A stretch of DNA of 63,318 nucleotides, counting the filler, from Chiloscyllium plagiosum (Eukaryota), in the NCBI RefSeq assembly GCF_004010195.1. It is 4 parts of one record of this genome, joined end to end, with 100 filler letters (N's around TTAATTAATTAA, not from the genome) between each part and the next. Parts side by side here need not be neighbours in the genome. Positions count along the whole stretch, not along the records: positions 60,071 to 63,318 come from NC_057716.1; 3 more parts are not named here. One strand, 5' to 3'. This document shows, piece after piece, positions 61,381-63,318 of the stretch. The translations under genes and the position numbers were made by a program. The first letter of the stretch is position 1; every line of letters begins with the position of its first letter. The notes beneath the pieces are model-generated. The model searched no databases. It worked only from the letters and a program-made list of their open reading frames with translations, and was not told the DNA's origin.

Positions 61381-63027
61381 GTCATAGAGTCATACAGATG
61401 TACAGCATGGAAACAGACTCTTCAGTCCAACATGTCCACGCTGACCAAATATTCCAACCTAATCTAGTCCCATTTAGAACATAGAACATTACAGCGCAGT
61501 ACAGGCCCTTCGGCCCTCAATGTTGCACCTACCTGTGGAACCGATCTGAAGCCCATCTATCCTACACTATTCCATTCTCATCCAGATGTCTATCCAATGA
61601 CCATTTAAATGCCCTTAAAGTTGGTGAGTCTACTACTGTTGCAGGCAGAGCATTCCACACCCCTACTGAGTAAAGAAACTACCTCAGACATCTGTCCTAT
61701 ATCTATCACCTCCTCAATTTAAAGCTGTGTCCCCTCGTGCTAGCCATCACCATCACTGCCCAACCTATCTAATCCTCCGATCATCTTGTAAGCACCCAAC
61801 CCATATCCCTCCAAACCCTTCCTATTCATATACCCATCCAAATGCCTCTTAAATGTTGCAATTGTACCAGCCTCCACCATATCCTCTGGCAGCTCATTCC
61901 ATACACATACCACCCTAAGGGGCATGAAAAAGTTGCCCCTTTGAGCCATCACATTGGTGGGGACCTAGCTGCACCAGCCCCACTTTCTCGCACACGGCCC
62001 ATAGCCTGGATTATTATGATATTTCAGGTCCTCATTCACGTGCTATTTAAACTTTGTGTGGGTTCACACCTGAACTGCCCTCCCAGGTAACACATCCCAC
62101 ACCTCCACCTTCCTCTCGGTGAGAAAGGTTTTTCTCAGATCACTCTTGCTTTCTTTGTACCTCACTTTCAATCTCTGCTCTACTATTCCTCCTCCTTGTA
62201 CAAGTGGGAACAACTCTCTCATCTCTACTCTGTCCCAACTGCTCCTGGTTTTGAAAACCTCTCTTCAATCTCCCTCTCAGCGTCTTGTCTCCAGGGAGAA
62301 CTGTCCCAACTTCTTCAGTCTCTCCTCATCACTGAAGGTCCTTATTCCTGGAACCATTCCTGTGAATTGCTTTCTGCACTCTCTCCAATACATTCACATC
62401 TTCCCATTGTGTATAAAATACCCCAGCTGTGGTCTAACTAGTGTCTTGTACAAGTTCAACATCACCCCCTTGCTCCTGTACTCTATGCCCCTGTTAATAA
62501 AGCCGAGGACACTGTGCTTTATTCACTGCTCTTTCCCCCTGTCCTGCCACCTTCAATAATTTGTGCACAGACACCCCCAGCTCCCTCTGCTCCTGCAACA
62601 CCCCCTTTAGAATTGTACCTGGCCATCACCTCTGCAATGAACTCCATCAGCCACCTGTCCACACACTCCATCAACTTGTCAATGTCCTTTTGGAATTCCA
62701 CACTGACTTCCTCAGAGTTTACAATTCTTTCAAGTTTTGTGTCGTCTGCGAAGTATCAAATTGTCCCCTGTACAGCAAGATCCCGATCGTTAATATATAT
62801 CCAGAAAAGCAAGGGTCCCAATACTGACCCCTGGGGAGTTTCATTGCAAACCTACATCCAGCCTGAAAACAATCCATTAACCACACAGCCATACTGTACA
62901 GAATCAGGCCCTTCAGCCCAACATGTCCATGCCAAGCATGTTTCCTCATCTGAATTGTGTTTGGCCCATATCCCTTTAAATCTTTTCCATTCATGCATCT
63001 TTCCAAATGCCTCTTAAATGTTGCAAT
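61381..63027 (-). mobile_element. Nested CR1-group fragments
   Basis: HER1-type tails and PQGSVLGPLLF-like RT remnants (~62800-62835) on the minus strand. Confidence 0.8.
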
Positions 63028-63029
63028 TT

Positions 63030-63318
63030 AAGCAAGGAATAGGGAGAGAGTGCAGTTGAACACGTAGCTGCAAGGATGGTGGAGGAGGGAGGGCTTCAGG
63101 TATTTGGACAATTGGACTGCATTCTGGGGAAGGTGGGACCTGTACAAGCAGGACGGGTTGCACCTGAACCAGAAGGGCACCAATATCCTGGGGGGTAGGT
63201 TTGCTAGCACTCTTCGGCGGGGGTTAAACTAATTTGGCAGGGGGATGGGATACGGACTTGTAGTCCAGCAAATAGGCTAGCTGTTTGTCAGGATGTCCAA
63301 GAATATAGGGAGGCTGTG
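63030..63318 (+). mobile_element. CR1 ORF1 SGNH C-terminal fragment
   Basis: Near-identical to 29483-29767 (DGLHLNQKGTNILG). Confidence 0.88.

Overview
Repeat-dense vertebrate genomic DNA, most likely a cartilaginous fish (shark), judged from the HE1-type SINE and CR1/HER1 LINE content. It is a draft assembly with N gaps and three artificial 100-nt linkers (N44-TTAATTAATTAA-N44). Genes, both on the + strand: (1) four 3' Ig-domain exons of an obscurin-family gene, best read as OBSL1 (7452-12493); (2) the last three coding exons and a ~4.2-kb 3' UTR of CTDSP1/SCP1 (33219-~44760). An intronic miR-26 hairpin (32575-32658) lies upstream of the first visible CTDSP1 exon, and the UTR has miR-124 seed sites. 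The rest is mostly transposable elements: a near full-length decayed L1, a decayed Gypsy element with both LTRs, PBS and PPT and several nested insertions, a solo LTR, a TA-flanked MITE, CR1, Rex1-like and L2/CR1-group LINE fragments, SINEs and many Penelope-like (GIY-YIG) pieces. The most striking non-obvious signal is a dispersed set of minimal type-I hammerhead ribozyme motifs in Penelope-derived termini. They fall into four sequence families with covarying stems, an extra nucleotide after CUGANGA and a palindromic stem III. No prokaryotic system, CRISPR array, rRNA or bona fide tRNA was seen. Family names come from recalled knowledge, not database searches.
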